A stretch of 42,918 bases of DNA. Origin: a virus. Taxonomy: Duplodnaviria > Caudoviricetes. Below the pieces are notes generated by a model. The model saw nothing but the letters and a program-made list of their open reading frames with translations, made no database searches and had not been told where the DNA came from. Position 1 is the first letter of the stretch. The number at the start of each line of letters is the position of its first letter. Shown here one piece after another: positions 1-9,500 of this stretch. The stretch spans positions 1 to 42,918 of the IMG/VR virus record IMGVR_UViG_3300048848_000239. One strand, 5' to 3'. The position numbers and the translations under genes were made by a program.

Positions 1-261
1 ATGGGCTCAAGGGCCGTCTCCAAGGCCGTTCGCGTCGTGGCGCTTGTAGAGGCGGCTCCGACCTTTTATATTGCACCAAGCCATGATGGCCTGTCGCGCA
101 AGCCCCAAGCTGCGGTTTTGCGATCACGACAGGCTGAAATTCGTTACCTGAGGCGGGTGGAGCGCGTTTCGCCACCACGCGCCCCACCGCAGACAGCCCG
201 GCGCGGGCGGCATGTTCCGCCGCGCAAGCCTGATCCTCTGCTCCCAAGAATCGGACCGCGC

Positions 262-1458
262 GTGAACAGCCTCGATTTTGACCGCAAGCCTGAAGACACC
301 CGTGTCGTCGTCGCCATGTCCGGCGGCGTCGACAGTTCCGTTGTTGCGGGCATCCTGAAGCGGGAAGGCTATGATGTCTTCGGCATCACGCTGCAGCTCT
401 ACGACCACGGCGCGGCCGTCCACCGTGCCGGCTCCTGCTGCGCGGGCCAGGATATCGATGATGCCCGCCGCGTCTGCGAGGTGCTGGGCATTGCGCATTA
501 TGTGCTCGACTACGAACAACGCTTCCGCGAAACGGTGATCAACCCCTTCGCCGAAAGCTACATTGCCGGGGAAACGCCGATCCCTTGCGTTGCCTGCAAC
601 CAGACGGTCAAGTTCGCCGATCTCCTGGCGACTGCCCGGGATCTCGGCGCCGACGCGCTGGCAACCGGCCACTATATCCGCTCGCGGGCAAACCCGCTGC
701 CGGGCGCGCCCAACCGCCGCTCGCTCTATCGCCCTGCTGACGCCGACCGCGACCAGAGCTATTTCCTCTTTGCCACCACGCAGGATCAGATCGACTATCT
801 CCGCTTCCCGCTCGGCCATCTGACCAAGGCCGAAACACGGGCGCTGGCGGAAGACATGGGCCTTGTGGTCGCCAAGAAGGCCGATAGCCAGGACATCTGC
901 TTCGTGCCACAGGGCAAGTACAGCGACATCGTTTCCAAGCTGAAGCCGAATGCGGCGCTTGCCGGGGACATCGTCCATCTCGATGGTCGGGTGCTCGGCC
1001 GCCATGACGGCATCCTGCATTACACGATCGGCCAGAGGCGCGGCATCGGCGTTGCCACCGGCGAGCCGCTCTATGTCGTTCATCTCGACGCCCGCTCCTG
1101 CCGCGTCATCGTCGGCCCGCGCGAGGCGCTCGACACGCGCAGCGTCACCCTGCGCGATATGAACTGGCTGGGGGACGTGCCCCTGGAGAGCTTGGAGAAG
1201 GATGGCTTCGCCTGCTACGCCAAGGTTCGCTCCACCCGCAGCCCGGCACCGGCCCTGCTCAGGGTCGATGGCGACAGCATCACGGTGGAACTTATGGAAG
1301 GCGAAGCTGGAATTGCCCCCGGCCAGGCCTGCGCGCTCTATTCCGGCCCCGGCGAAGACGCCCGCGTCTATGGCGGCGGCTTCATCCTGCGCTCTGAACG
1401 CGCACCCGCCGCCGAAGAAGCCCTGCGCCACCTCCTGAACACCCCCGCCGCCGCCTGA
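262..1458 (+). CDS. mnmA: tRNA 2-thiouridine(34) synthase MnmA
   Basis: [14 protein letters not shown]-loop, [39 protein letters not shown] and PGQAC motifs. Start moved from the ORF-track position 1 to the GTG at 262 (VNSLDFD). Confidence 0.96.
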   Translation: MNSLDFDRKPEDTRVVVAMSGGVDSSVVAGILKREGYDVFGITLQLYDHGAAVHRAGSCCAGQDIDDARRVCEVLGIAHYVLDYEQRFRETVINPFAESYIAGETPIPCVACNQTVKFADLLATARDLGADALATGHYIRSRANPLPGAPNRRSLYRPADADRDQSYFLFATTQDQIDYLRFPLGHLTKAETRALAEDMGLVVAKKADSQDICFVPQGKYSDIVSKLKPNAALAGDIVHLDGRVLGRHDGILHYTIGQRRGIGVATGEPLYVVHLDARSCRVIVGPREALDTRSVTLRDMNWLGDVPLESLEKDGFACYAKVRSTRSPAPALLRVDGDSITVELMEGEAGIAPGQACALYSGPGEDARVYGGGFILRSERAPAAEEALRHLLNTPAAA

Positions 1459-1556
1459 GACACTGCGCACAGCCGCATCGACCTCGTCATCCCGACACGG
1501 CAAAATACAAGACACGAACCGCCGCATCCCCCTCACCCATTTTTTTCACCCATCGC

Positions 1557-1586
1557 TTGACACCCCCCTGAACCACATCTTATAAG
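1557..1586 (+). promoter_or_regulatory. sigma70 promoter for tRNA-Met
   Basis: TTGACA (1557-1562), 18-nt spacer, TATAAG (1581-1586), about 40 nt upstream of the tRNA. Confidence 0.7.
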
Positions 1587-1625
1587 CCGCCCACCGCACG
1601 CAGCCCTTTCAGGGCAGCATCGGTC

Positions 1626-1702
1626 GGCGGGGTAGCTCAGGTGGTTAGAGCAGCGGAATCATAATCCGCGTGTCGGGGGTTCGAGTCCCTCTCCCGCTAC
1701 CA
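1626..1702 (+). tRNA. tRNA-Met(CAT), elongator type
   Basis: GGCGGGG/TCCCGCT acceptor stem, TAGCTCAGGTGGTTAGAGC D arm, GCGGA-ATCATAA-TCCGC anticodon arm with CAT, GGTTCGAGTCC T arm, encoded ACCA end; 77 nt. Confidence 0.95.
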
Positions 1703-1775
1703 ATTATCTGCTTTCAAAAACGACTGGACACGCCAGATAACATCGCTTGCGATGCCTTTTGGCATCCATGATGTG

Positions 1776-1864
1776 TGTAGCCGGATGTAGCCGGACGCGA
1801 CTTTCCGGAATTTTGACACGAGAAACCGGAATTTTAGGTTTTCCGATCGGTCTGTCAAAATGCG
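1776..1864. repeat. Candidate phage right end (attR-like transposase-binding array)
   Basis: TGTAGCCGGA x2 (1776-1795); 21-bp tandem ACgCGActttCCGGAATTTTg / ACaCGAgaaaCCGGAATTTTa (1795-1815, 1816-1836); inverted TTTTGACA (1811-1818) / TGTCAAAA (1853-1860). Confidence 0.55.
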
Positions 1865-1909
1865 TTCAAAGGCGCTTCAAACTCAGTTTGAGGACGGTCC
1901 CTGCGACAT

Positions 1910-2236
1910 TCACTCAAGCCAGCCGTCACGATATAGTTCAGCTCGGAACTTGGAGCACTCCTCGAAGTCAGGTTCTGGCTTTCTGAGCAGGTAGAACCAC
2001 TCCACCTCCTCGGCCCTCTCTGCCTCGGTCATCCTACCGACTAGTGCATCCATCCATGCTTGGGTTTGCGACCCAATAGCTATCTTGCACGCCTCTGCAT
2101 GAATTACCTGCTGCCAGATATGGCCTTTCTTATCCGTCGCGAGCGCCTCGCTGTGCATCGAAGCGAAAGCTGACCCTAACAGAAAGAAGCTGATGGCTAG
2201 CGTTTTCACCCCTTTGGGTCCACTCTGATAGCCCAT
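1910..2236 (-). CDS. Small exported protein (signal peptide, two Cys), function unknown
   Basis: GAGGTG RBS before the ATG at 2236, immediately after the upstream stop; VKTLAISFFLLGSAFASMHSEALA signal-like segment; lower GC than the structural genes. Confidence 0.6.
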   Translation of the reverse strand: MGYQSGPKGVKTLAISFFLLGSAFASMHSEALATDKKGHIWQQVIHAEACKIAIGSQTQAWMDALVGRMTEAERAEEVEWFYLLRKPEPDFEECSKFRAELYRDGWLE

Positions 2237-2237
2237 A

Positions 2238-2600
2238 TCACCTCTCATCTGCATCGCTGATCGTTTGCTTCTCTTCATCTGAAAGCTCATACGGGATGAT
2301 CATGGTAACAGGCTCTGCCCAGACCAGAAGCTGGTTTAGGCGCTGCTCCCCGTTGACCGTTCCCAGATCCCATCGCCCTGCCATCCAAGCCTTCCGGACT
2401 TTCCGAGTGAGTATCCGCCCTTCCGGCGTTTTCACGATGCAGAGTTTGTTGTCGATAGCGTCAGACGGCGGCGTCTCATTGTCCTCATAGCAGAGCAGCC
2501 ACCCGTCCTCGATCGCGCCCATTGTATGCCCTCTCATGGGCCTGACAGCTGACCGTTCCGTTATCGTCGGAAGGGGGACACGGAAGATGGGACGGCGCAT
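2238..2600 (-). CDS. Stand-alone S24/CI-type C-terminal domain protein lacking HTH
   Basis: MRGHTMG...GWLLCY...KLCIVKTPEGRILTRKVR...RWDL...WAEPV resembles repressor S24 domains; TGATG overlap with the methylase stop. Confidence 0.65.
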   Translation of the reverse strand: MRRPIFRVPLPTITERSAVRPMRGHTMGAIEDGWLLCYEDNETPPSDAIDNKLCIVKTPEGRILTRKVRKAWMAGRWDLGTVNGEQRLNQLLVWAEPVTMIIPYELSDEEKQTISDADER

Positions 2601-3403
2601 CAGTTTCTCACAATCAGCTCACGGGCTGGCGATCCTTTGCCGCCGGACACTGAATAGAGCAGATCCACATCCACCACGTCAAACCGACCGAACATCTCGC
2701 GCGTCTGCGGGACGTCATTGATCGATAGGACGAAATTCCCCTTCAGCCTTGAGAGGCGACCGGCCATCACCTCGAACTGATCACGGCCGAAGAGCGCCGC
2801 TCCATAGTCGCCCTCATTCCCGAAGTACGGCGGATCGAGATAGAACAGCGCCCCCGGTCGATCGTAGCGATCGATGAACGCCAGCCAGTCCAGGTTCTCA
2901 ATCACAACGCCGGTAAGCCGCTCGTGCACGTCTTCCAGGAGCGGAGCAAGGCGCGTGAGGTTAAAGCGAGCGCCGCCGTCATGAATGACGCCGAAGTTCT
3001 GGCCCGACACCTTGCCTCCGAATGCGAGCTTCTGGAGATAGATGAAGCGCGCCGCGCGCTCCAGATCGGTCAACGTGGACGGGTCGCAGGCCTTTAACCG
3101 TTCGAACTCGCGACGGCTGGTGATCTGGAACTTGAGGCAATCCATGAACTGCGGATAGTGCCGCTGCAGGATCCGAAACAGGTTCACGATGTCGCCGTTT
3201 CGGTCGTTGATCACCTCGTGTCGAGGTGCCGATCGGCGACGGAAGAACACGCCTCCCATACCAACAAATGGCTCTGCATATGTTGTGTGCGGGATCTCCG
3301 CGATCATCTTGACCAAGCGCGCGGCCAAGGTCCTTTTGCCACCGATCCATGCAGCCGGCGGCTGGGTGTTAACTACGTCTCTAAAGCCGTCTTCAAGGGG
3401 CAT
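2600..3403 (-). CDS. D12-class (Dam-like) DNA N6-adenine methyltransferase
   Basis: WIGGKR, YAEPFVGMGGVF, EVIND, FYLDPPY and LSIND motifs. Start at ATG 3403 (alternative GTG 3430). Occupies the Mu mom position. Confidence 0.92.
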   Translation of the reverse strand: MPLEDGFRDVVNTQPPAAWIGGKRTLAARLVKMIAEIPHTTYAEPFVGMGGVFFRRRSAPRHEVINDRNGDIVNLFRILQRHYPQFMDCLKFQITSRREFERLKACDPSTLTDLERAARFIYLQKLAFGGKVSGQNFGVIHDGGARFNLTRLAPLLEDVHERLTGVVIENLDWLAFIDRYDRPGALFYLDPPYFGNEGDYGAALFGRDQFEVMAGRLSRLKGNFVLSINDVPQTREMFGRFDVVDVDLLYSVSGGKGSPARELIVRN

Positions 3404-3604
3404 TTGATGGTTCCGAGAATCATGCCACACGGAGGCACCTCGAAAGAGGTCTGGGTGTGACAGTTATCCTCATTTGCTGTCGGAAGGGTCTCGCCTCGTA
3501 AACTTGGCCCGTCCTCGGAGGCTTGCCTCCGGCACCTGGTGCATCGGCCGCGATCGAGCGCGGCCGATAGTCTTTTTCCCATCACATGATGACGGGCTGG
3601 TGGA

Positions 3605-5038
3605 TCAAGCAACCAGCGGCGAAAGCACCGCGAGATGCGGCATGTTTACGCGAACGCGGCCGGTACCGGGCGTGGCGCAGACCAGCTCCAGCGCACGGAA
3701 GCTCAGGTATGCCCGTGCCGAATAGCTCGGAACGAGCAGAGGCTCGGTTGCGAGATCGAGTGAGAACCCTTCGGTCGACGGGTAAACACCATGCGTCAGA
3801 TCGTTGAGAAGCGAGTGCGTGACCTGTGTGACGGTCGCACCGTCAAGTGTCCCGCTCATCTCGATCTGGGTCTGAGCTGATGCCAGCCCCGTGGAGCCCG
3901 GCATTACGGTGATCTTGCCGAAGCCCTGCACGATGGTGCCAGGAAGCCAAGCGTCACCGGGCAAACCAGTCCCTGCAAGGTCCTGCGTCATGCGGACGCC
4001 GCCACCGGCCGTGGTGACGTTGTAGTCGATCACCGCGTCGTTCCCGTTGCCATCAGGGTTCGGCTCAACACCGAGCGTGAACGTCGTCGTCGTGTCGCCG
4101 GTGACGCGGCGGAACAGCCATTCAAAGGGAATGACCGTCGTCCCTGACGCAAGAGCCCCGCCTGTCTGGATGATGCCGGCCGACCCGGATGTTGCTGTCA
4201 GCAACGGGTTGTTGGCCAGCTGCATGCCGTTGGTCCGCTGGTTGCTCCCGTCCACAGAGTTGCGAGGAATAACGCGGGGCACGATCTCCGGCATGACCTT
4301 CGCCATGAGCTTGCCGACATAGAACGAGCCGAGCATCGCTTCGTGGGTAAAGGCACCCTCGCCTGACCGCATGTAGTTGGTGCGGAAGACGATCGCCGCC
4401 TGCGATGTGGTGGGATCGTGGAGGACGGAGGGGGCATCGATCAGCCAGACGTTTGGCCGGAGTTCCGCCATCCGGCGCAGAGCTGCGTTGTAGATCACGA
4501 GCTGCTTGATCATCGCGGCTGTAAAGTTCGACGAGCCATGACAAAGGGCCACAACAACGCGCATGCCAAGATCCAGCGCGGCGTCCACCTTCTTCAGCGT
4601 GTCAGCAAAAGCGGCGGCTCCGGACTCAAGCGCAGACACCGTCACGCCGGTGACAGCGTGGACGTACGGTGCCTGCCCGAAGTTGTTGATGGCCTCGCTG
4701 ATGAGCAGTACGCCTGCGCCGGTCGCTAGCGCCGCGTCAAGGCGAGCAAGGACCTGGTCGGTGCGCTCTCCGGACTTGCCGAAGTTAAAGCAGCGCGTGA
4801 CGCGGTTGCCGGACAGGGCATTGGCGACGTTGTAGTGATTGTAGGCGCTGCGGTTCCGAAAGACCGGTGTGTCGAGGTGGAGTTGCTCGATGGTGCTGTC
4901 ACCGAGACCGACCCAGGTGTTGAAGGACCGGGGCGTCATTGCCCTGCCTATGGGCATTCGCCCGGCAAGCCCGGTGGCGTCATGCCCAAGGAAGTGCGTC
5001 AGGGTACGAAGGGTTTGAAGGTCGAGTTCGCCGGCCAT
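3605..5038 (-). CDS. SGNH/GDSL-family hydrolase, probably virion-associated esterase/deacetylase
   Basis: Block I VGLGDS, block II NFGKSG, block III EAINN, later His (GAFTH); beta-rich C-terminal domain; lies at the end of the tail operon. Confidence 0.75.
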   Translation of the reverse strand: MAGELDLQTLRTLTHFLGHDATGLAGRMPIGRAMTPRSFNTWVGLGDSTIEQLHLDTPVFRNRSAYNHYNVANALSGNRVTRCFNFGKSGERTDQVLARLDAALATGAGVLLISEAINNFGQAPYVHAVTGVTVSALESGAAAFADTLKKVDAALDLGMRVVVALCHGSSNFTAAMIKQLVIYNAALRRMAELRPNVWLIDAPSVLHDPTTSQAAIVFRTNYMRSGEGAFTHEAMLGSFYVGKLMAKVMPEIVPRVIPRNSVDGSNQRTNGMQLANNPLLTATSGSAGIIQTGGALASGTTVIPFEWLFRRVTGDTTTTFTLGVEPNPDGNGNDAVIDYNVTTAGGGVRMTQDLAGTGLPGDAWLPGTIVQGFGKITVMPGSTGLASAQTQIEMSGTLDGATVTQVTHSLLNDLTHGVYPSTEGFSLDLATEPLLVPSYSARAYLSFRALELVCATPGTGRVRVNMPHLAVLSPLVA

Positions 5039-5245
5039 TTAAGCAGCCTTTCCTTGGAGGTTGGTGCGGGAGTTGTCGGGATTGAGCATTGTCAGGACGA
5101 CGTACGAGCCGTCGGCCTGCTTCCCCTGCAGGAAGACGTATCCCGGCGATGGCTGCGGTGAGCCGCCACCTTGCGGCAGAGCAGAAGGTCCGCCGAAACG
5201 CGTCGCAAATTCCCGACTAAGCAGTCTGTTGGTGAACGGCGCCAT
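5039..5245 (-). CDS. Small hypothetical tail-region protein
   Basis: ATG 5245 overlaps the upstream TAA (TAATG); its stop abuts the SGNH start. Confidence 0.6.
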   Translation of the reverse strand: MAPFTNRLLSREFATRFGGPSALPQGGGSPQPSPGYVFLQGKQADGSYVVLTMLNPDNSRTNLQGKAA

Positions 5246-5541
5246 TACTCGAAGCTCCATGCTTTGAGGGCGTCACCGGCCTTGTTCCCGCTCCAGACGA
5301 GCCGGACAAAGGCGAGCTTGCGGCATACCATCATGCCTTCGGACGACGGACGCATGCCGGCGATCGGCACCCACGGGGCTGCAGCGTCCAGGCGGCCCTG
5401 GTACTCGATCGTGGCGCCGCTGCCGTCCACGGCCGCGCCCTGGACAATGAAGTCTGCGGCTGGCGTCCAAGGGTCCGAGATGCCCGCCGCCTGCGTTGTG
5501 TCTATTCGGATAGGCATGATCAGAGGCCTTTCGAACGCCAT
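5245..5541 (-). CDS. Hypothetical beta-rich tail-region protein
   Basis: 98-aa ORF that fits the operon and is translationally coupled downstream. Confidence 0.65.
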   Translation of the reverse strand: MAFERPLIMPIRIDTTQAAGISDPWTPAADFIVQGAAVDGSGATIEYQGRLDAAAPWVPIAGMRPSSEGMMVCRKLAFVRLVWSGNKAGDALKAWSFE

Positions 5542-5562
5542 GCCGGCGCGTCAGAGTGATAA

Positions 5563-5814
5563 TTAGTTGATGGTCTTGGCTTCCGCCGGCTCGGCGGACG
5601 GCGCTGCAGCAGGATCGGCGGCCGGGGCCGAGGCGGCTGCCGGCGGCTGACCGGGATTGAGCATCTGAAGGACATATTCCGGATCGTGCTTCTGAAGCCG
5701 CGCATAGGCTTCGGTCAGCTGGTTCGACAGATTGTCGATGCCCTGCGCGAGCGTGTCGCATTCGTTCTGCAGGGCTTCGTTGCGGCGCTTCATGGAGCTG
5801 ATCAACATGGACAT
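5563..5814 (-). CDS. Hypothetical coiled-coil protein
   Basis: AAGGAAAC RBS before ATG 5814; heptad-like ALQNECDTLAQGIDNLSNQLTEAYARL followed by an Ala/Pro tail. Confidence 0.6.
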   Translation of the reverse strand: MSMLISSMKRRNEALQNECDTLAQGIDNLSNQLTEAYARLQKHDPEYVLQMLNPGQPPAAASAPAADPAAAPSAEPAEAKTIN

Positions 5815-5864
5815 GCTTAGTTTCCTTGTGAGGTTGTCGTGGATGGAGAGTTTAGCTCGGCGGC

Positions 5865-6548
5865 TCATTCGCCCGCCCAGATGACGTTGCTGGCAGCGGC
5901 AATGGCGGTTGCCGTTTCAGCCAGCCCGACCGCTTTTTTGGCCGCCATTCGCTTGGCCTCGACGCCGGCCGAGATGTGCTGCCATGCTGCAAAGGTATCG
6001 ACGATCTGCTGGGCCTTCTCGATCGCGGTCATACCGTCAGCCTCGGCCTCGGCGACGATGTGCGGGATCTTGTCGTTGGCGATGCTGCTGTTTGCGAGCT
6101 TGCCGCGCGCTTCTTCCAGCTTCTGCTGGTAGGCCATAACCTGACCGAAGCCGGGCGTGATGAACTGCATCCGGTAAGCCTCGGCCGACCGGTCGACCTT
6201 CAGGACGGCAGCGGCGCGCAGCGCATCGAGATCGATGTCGATTGCTGGAGGGTTCCAGCCGACGATCAGGTTGGAAAGAGCATCCGGCAGAACAGGCCAG
6301 TCGCCTGCCGTCTCGAACAGGATGTCCTCGGACTTTGAGAACTGATCCTCGATCGAGGAAAGGTCAGCGGCCGACAGTTCCGAGACCATCTTCGCAGCCG
6401 CCGCGTACCAGAAGTCCCGGCCGTTGAAGATCTGCTGGCGGGCAAGCCAGATCGCCGCGCACACGGCCCATCGTTCGGCCCTCTTGGCCTTTACGGCCGC
6501 GATGACGGCCTCGGCCATGCATTCGTACATGCTGTCGATATTGTACAT
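5865..6548 (-). CDS. Tail fibre assembly/chaperone-like protein
   Basis: AAGGAAC RBS before ATG 6548; C-terminal VDRSAEAYRMQFITPGFGQVMAYQQKLEEAR...IEKAQQIV pattern typical of the gene following a tail fibre. Confidence 0.65.
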   Translation of the reverse strand: MYNIDSMYECMAEAVIAAVKAKRAERWAVCAAIWLARQQIFNGRDFWYAAAAKMVSELSAADLSSIEDQFSKSEDILFETAGDWPVLPDALSNLIVGWNPPAIDIDLDALRAAAVLKVDRSAEAYRMQFITPGFGQVMAYQQKLEEARGKLANSSIANDKIPHIVAEAEADGMTAIEKAQQIVDTFAAWQHISAGVEAKRMAAKKAVGLAETATAIAAASNVIWAGE

Positions 6549-6562
6549 TTCCGTTCCTTTGC

Positions 6563-9500
6563 TTAACCGGTTTTCGTGCCGAGCTTCACACCGATGCGCC
6601 CGACGCCGATGGTGAAGTCGGAGGCGGCCGTGTTCTTCTTGATTTCGAGGGCGTAGCTGTAATTGCCGGACGGTCCCGCCGGCTTCATGTGGATGAGGTA
6701 GGCGGAGATGACGTCGTTCACGTCCTGCGACGTGTCGGTAAAATAGACCTTCCCGTATTCGACATCGGACGTGTAGGCGCCGTTCAGATACTCCCTGAGG
6801 CGGAACTGAACGGAGGCGCTCGTGGCGCCACCGAGGTTCGTGCATCGCACACGGAAGCTCGCAACGACTTCCAGCCCATCCTGCGACGGCTTGGTCACGT
6901 CGGCCGAAACACGCGCCTGGAACGCCGTGGTGATGGTGAAGGCATCGGGGTTTGCACTGACGCCAAGATAGCCCGTGGCCCGCGCCGCAAGCTTGTCATA
7001 GGACACGCCGCCGACCACGAGCTTGTCCGTCGTGACAGATCCCGCCTGCAGCATCGCGGTCGTGATGGCGTCCGCAGCGATCTGAGCTGCCTTGATCGCA
7101 CCATCGACGATCAGCTCGCCGGCGTTGCGCTCGAACGCACCGATACTGCCGAAAAAGACCGGGCCGGCGGTGTTGTTGCGCTGAACAAAAAGTTCGATGA
7201 TCGAGGTTGCCGCGTTGGCAGGGGAAACGAGATTGACGGTCTGCAGCCCGGTCCCGCCGGCGCCACGGTTGCCAGTGCTTGCGTGGTCGTAATAGCCTGC
7301 GAGTGCGCCGTTTGCGTCGAGCCAGAGAACGCGGATGAACGCGTTGTAATTGCTGTTCGAGTAAATGGCCCCGGTGAACCGATAGGATGTCGCCCCTTTG
7401 ACCGGGAACGAGCGGCTCTGGCAGTTCGTGTAGCCTCCAGATCCCCAAGGCCCAGCACCAAACTGCATTCCGTTGTAAGACTGGAACAGCCCGTGGTCGC
7501 CCCACACGATCCAGCCGGGGATCGTACCGACCCAGGCCTCAGTGGACGTCATCTGGTTGTCCGGCACCAAGTTGCTGAAGTCGGTGATGACGAGCTGCTT
7601 TGCAGAGATCGAACCGGCCGCGATCTCACGCGCACCAAGGGTATTGGCTTGAAGCTTGTCGCCAGAGATCGTCGCGCCCTGGAGCTTGTCACCCGTGATG
7701 GTGCTGCCCTGGATGTTGATAGCCGAGATCGCATTCGCAGCGATGGTGCCGGCTGTCACGGCGTTGGCCGCGAGCTTGCCGGCCACAACGGAGTTTGCAG
7801 CCAGCTCGTTCGCCGTGATGGTCAGAGCAGCGATGTGCGAGCCGGTGATCGTATCGGCCTTGATCTCGTAGCCGGTGATCGTCGCGGCAAGAAGGCTGTC
7901 AGCCGAGATGGTCCGGACCGCGAGCTTGTCCCCCGTGATCGTACCACCTGCGATCTTGACCGCCGTGATCGCGTTAGCCGCGATCTGGTCGGCCGACACG
8001 GCGCCCACCGCGATCGTGCCGGCTGTCACCGCGTTCGCTGCGATCGTGCCGGCTGTCACCGCGCCGGCCGCCAGCTTGCCAGCCGTGATCGCGCTGGCCG
8101 CGATCTTGTCGGACGTAATCGCGTTGGTGACGATGTTGCCAGCGTCGATCAAAGTGACGCCCGCCGGCCCCCAGGGTGAAAGCTCCGTCTGGTTCGGATT
8201 GCATTCGCCAAAGTAAGGCAGCGCCAGCCACGTGTAGCTGTCGACACCGTACGCTGCAGAATGGCCCCAGCAGCGGAAGAAGACATAGGCGAAGGCCGTG
8301 CCGGCTGGCGCGGGATTAAGTCTGCCTCCGATGCGGAGATAGTTGCTCAGCTGACCTTGTGGGTCGAAGTTTTGATGCGAAGGACCATCATACCAGCCGT
8401 AACCGAGGTTGTTATTGTTGCGGTCCCGCCAATCGACGTAGGCTCGAACATAGCTGCTGCGATGACCGAAGGCGTAGATTGAGATCTCATAGTTTCCCCC
8501 GGCCTTGACCGGAAAACGCATGATCTGCTTCGTGGCAGGATCGATTGGAGAGACGTCAGCGAACTGATCGTTCACCTGCGCTCCGCGTTGCAGAACCTGA
8601 AGCGAACCGGTGCCTGCGACACCAAACTGGTCGGTCCGCATCTCAAGGATCGGGTTGCCCCAATCGCCTCCCGAGACGTTCGCCTGCCAGCCCGTTGTTC
8701 CTGCCCGCAGATCCGAGTTTGGGATCATATTGCGGCCGGTGCCAACAGCCAGCTTATCAGCCGAGATGGCGCCGGCCGCGATTTTTGCAGCGGTGATTGC
8801 ATTCGCGGCAATCTGATCGGCAGCGACAGCCCCGGCCGCGATCTTGCCCGCCGTAATCGCGTTGGCGGCGATCTCAGCAGCCGTTACGGCATTGGCAGCG
8901 ATCTTGTCCGTTGTGATCGAATCCGCGGCAAGATGAACGGTGGAGATCGACCCGTCGACAACGAGTTTAGCACCTTCGGCCTTTCGAAGTGAAAGGCGGT
9001 CGATGATCAGGTAGCGCGTCGTCGATGTGCTGTGATGGTAGATTTGGATCTGGCAATATGCGGCGTTGTCAGGAACCTGTATTTTCCCGGAGCGCTTTTC
9101 CCATGAAGATGGAATGGGCTGGTTGCCCTGGACGTCCGTGAACTGGTTGCCGGGAAGCGCCGTCTTGGTCCTGTCGAACCAAAATATGCGATAGTAAAAG
9201 CCGGCAGGAGACGAGCCGTCCGTTGTTCGGATGACGGCTTCCCATGAGAGCCAATCGAGCGACGTGATCGGGATATAATCCTTGGTGATCATGTTGATCG
9301 AGATTGTGCCGCCCGACCCTCCAGCCTTGCCGTTGTCCAGGATGAGCGAATACCGGCCGGTCTTCGTGTCACCCGTCCACAGCCAAGCGGCAGGGCTCGT
9401 TCCGAGGCTTGCAAAGCCGTTCCAGGGAACGGACATGTTCCAAAGGTCAGGCGTGCTGCCCTGCTCGAACTGGCCGTCCTGAATGAAGTTTTCGAAGTCG

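Noticed and set aside
1-261. 87-aa N-terminal extension of MnmA in the ORF track
   Set aside because: Arg/Pro-rich and non-homologous; MnmA-like sequence begins at GTG 262.
124-1536. 470-aa minus-strand ORF over mnmA
   Set aside because: Codon-aligned antisense shadow of a high-GC gene, with no motifs.
1751-1766. GATGCC-TTTT-GGCATC hairpin as the tRNA terminator
   Set aside because: Short stem with no following U-tract; not enough support to call.
3373-3612. 79-aa ORF as a Com-like zinc finger
   Set aside because: Cys spacing does not form the paired CxxC motifs, and the ORF runs through the hairpin cluster; at most a remnant.
7590-8150. 30-bp periodic repeats considered as a CRISPR array or DGR template
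   Set aside because: They are degenerate in-frame coding repeats without unique spacers; no cas or reverse transcriptase gene is present.
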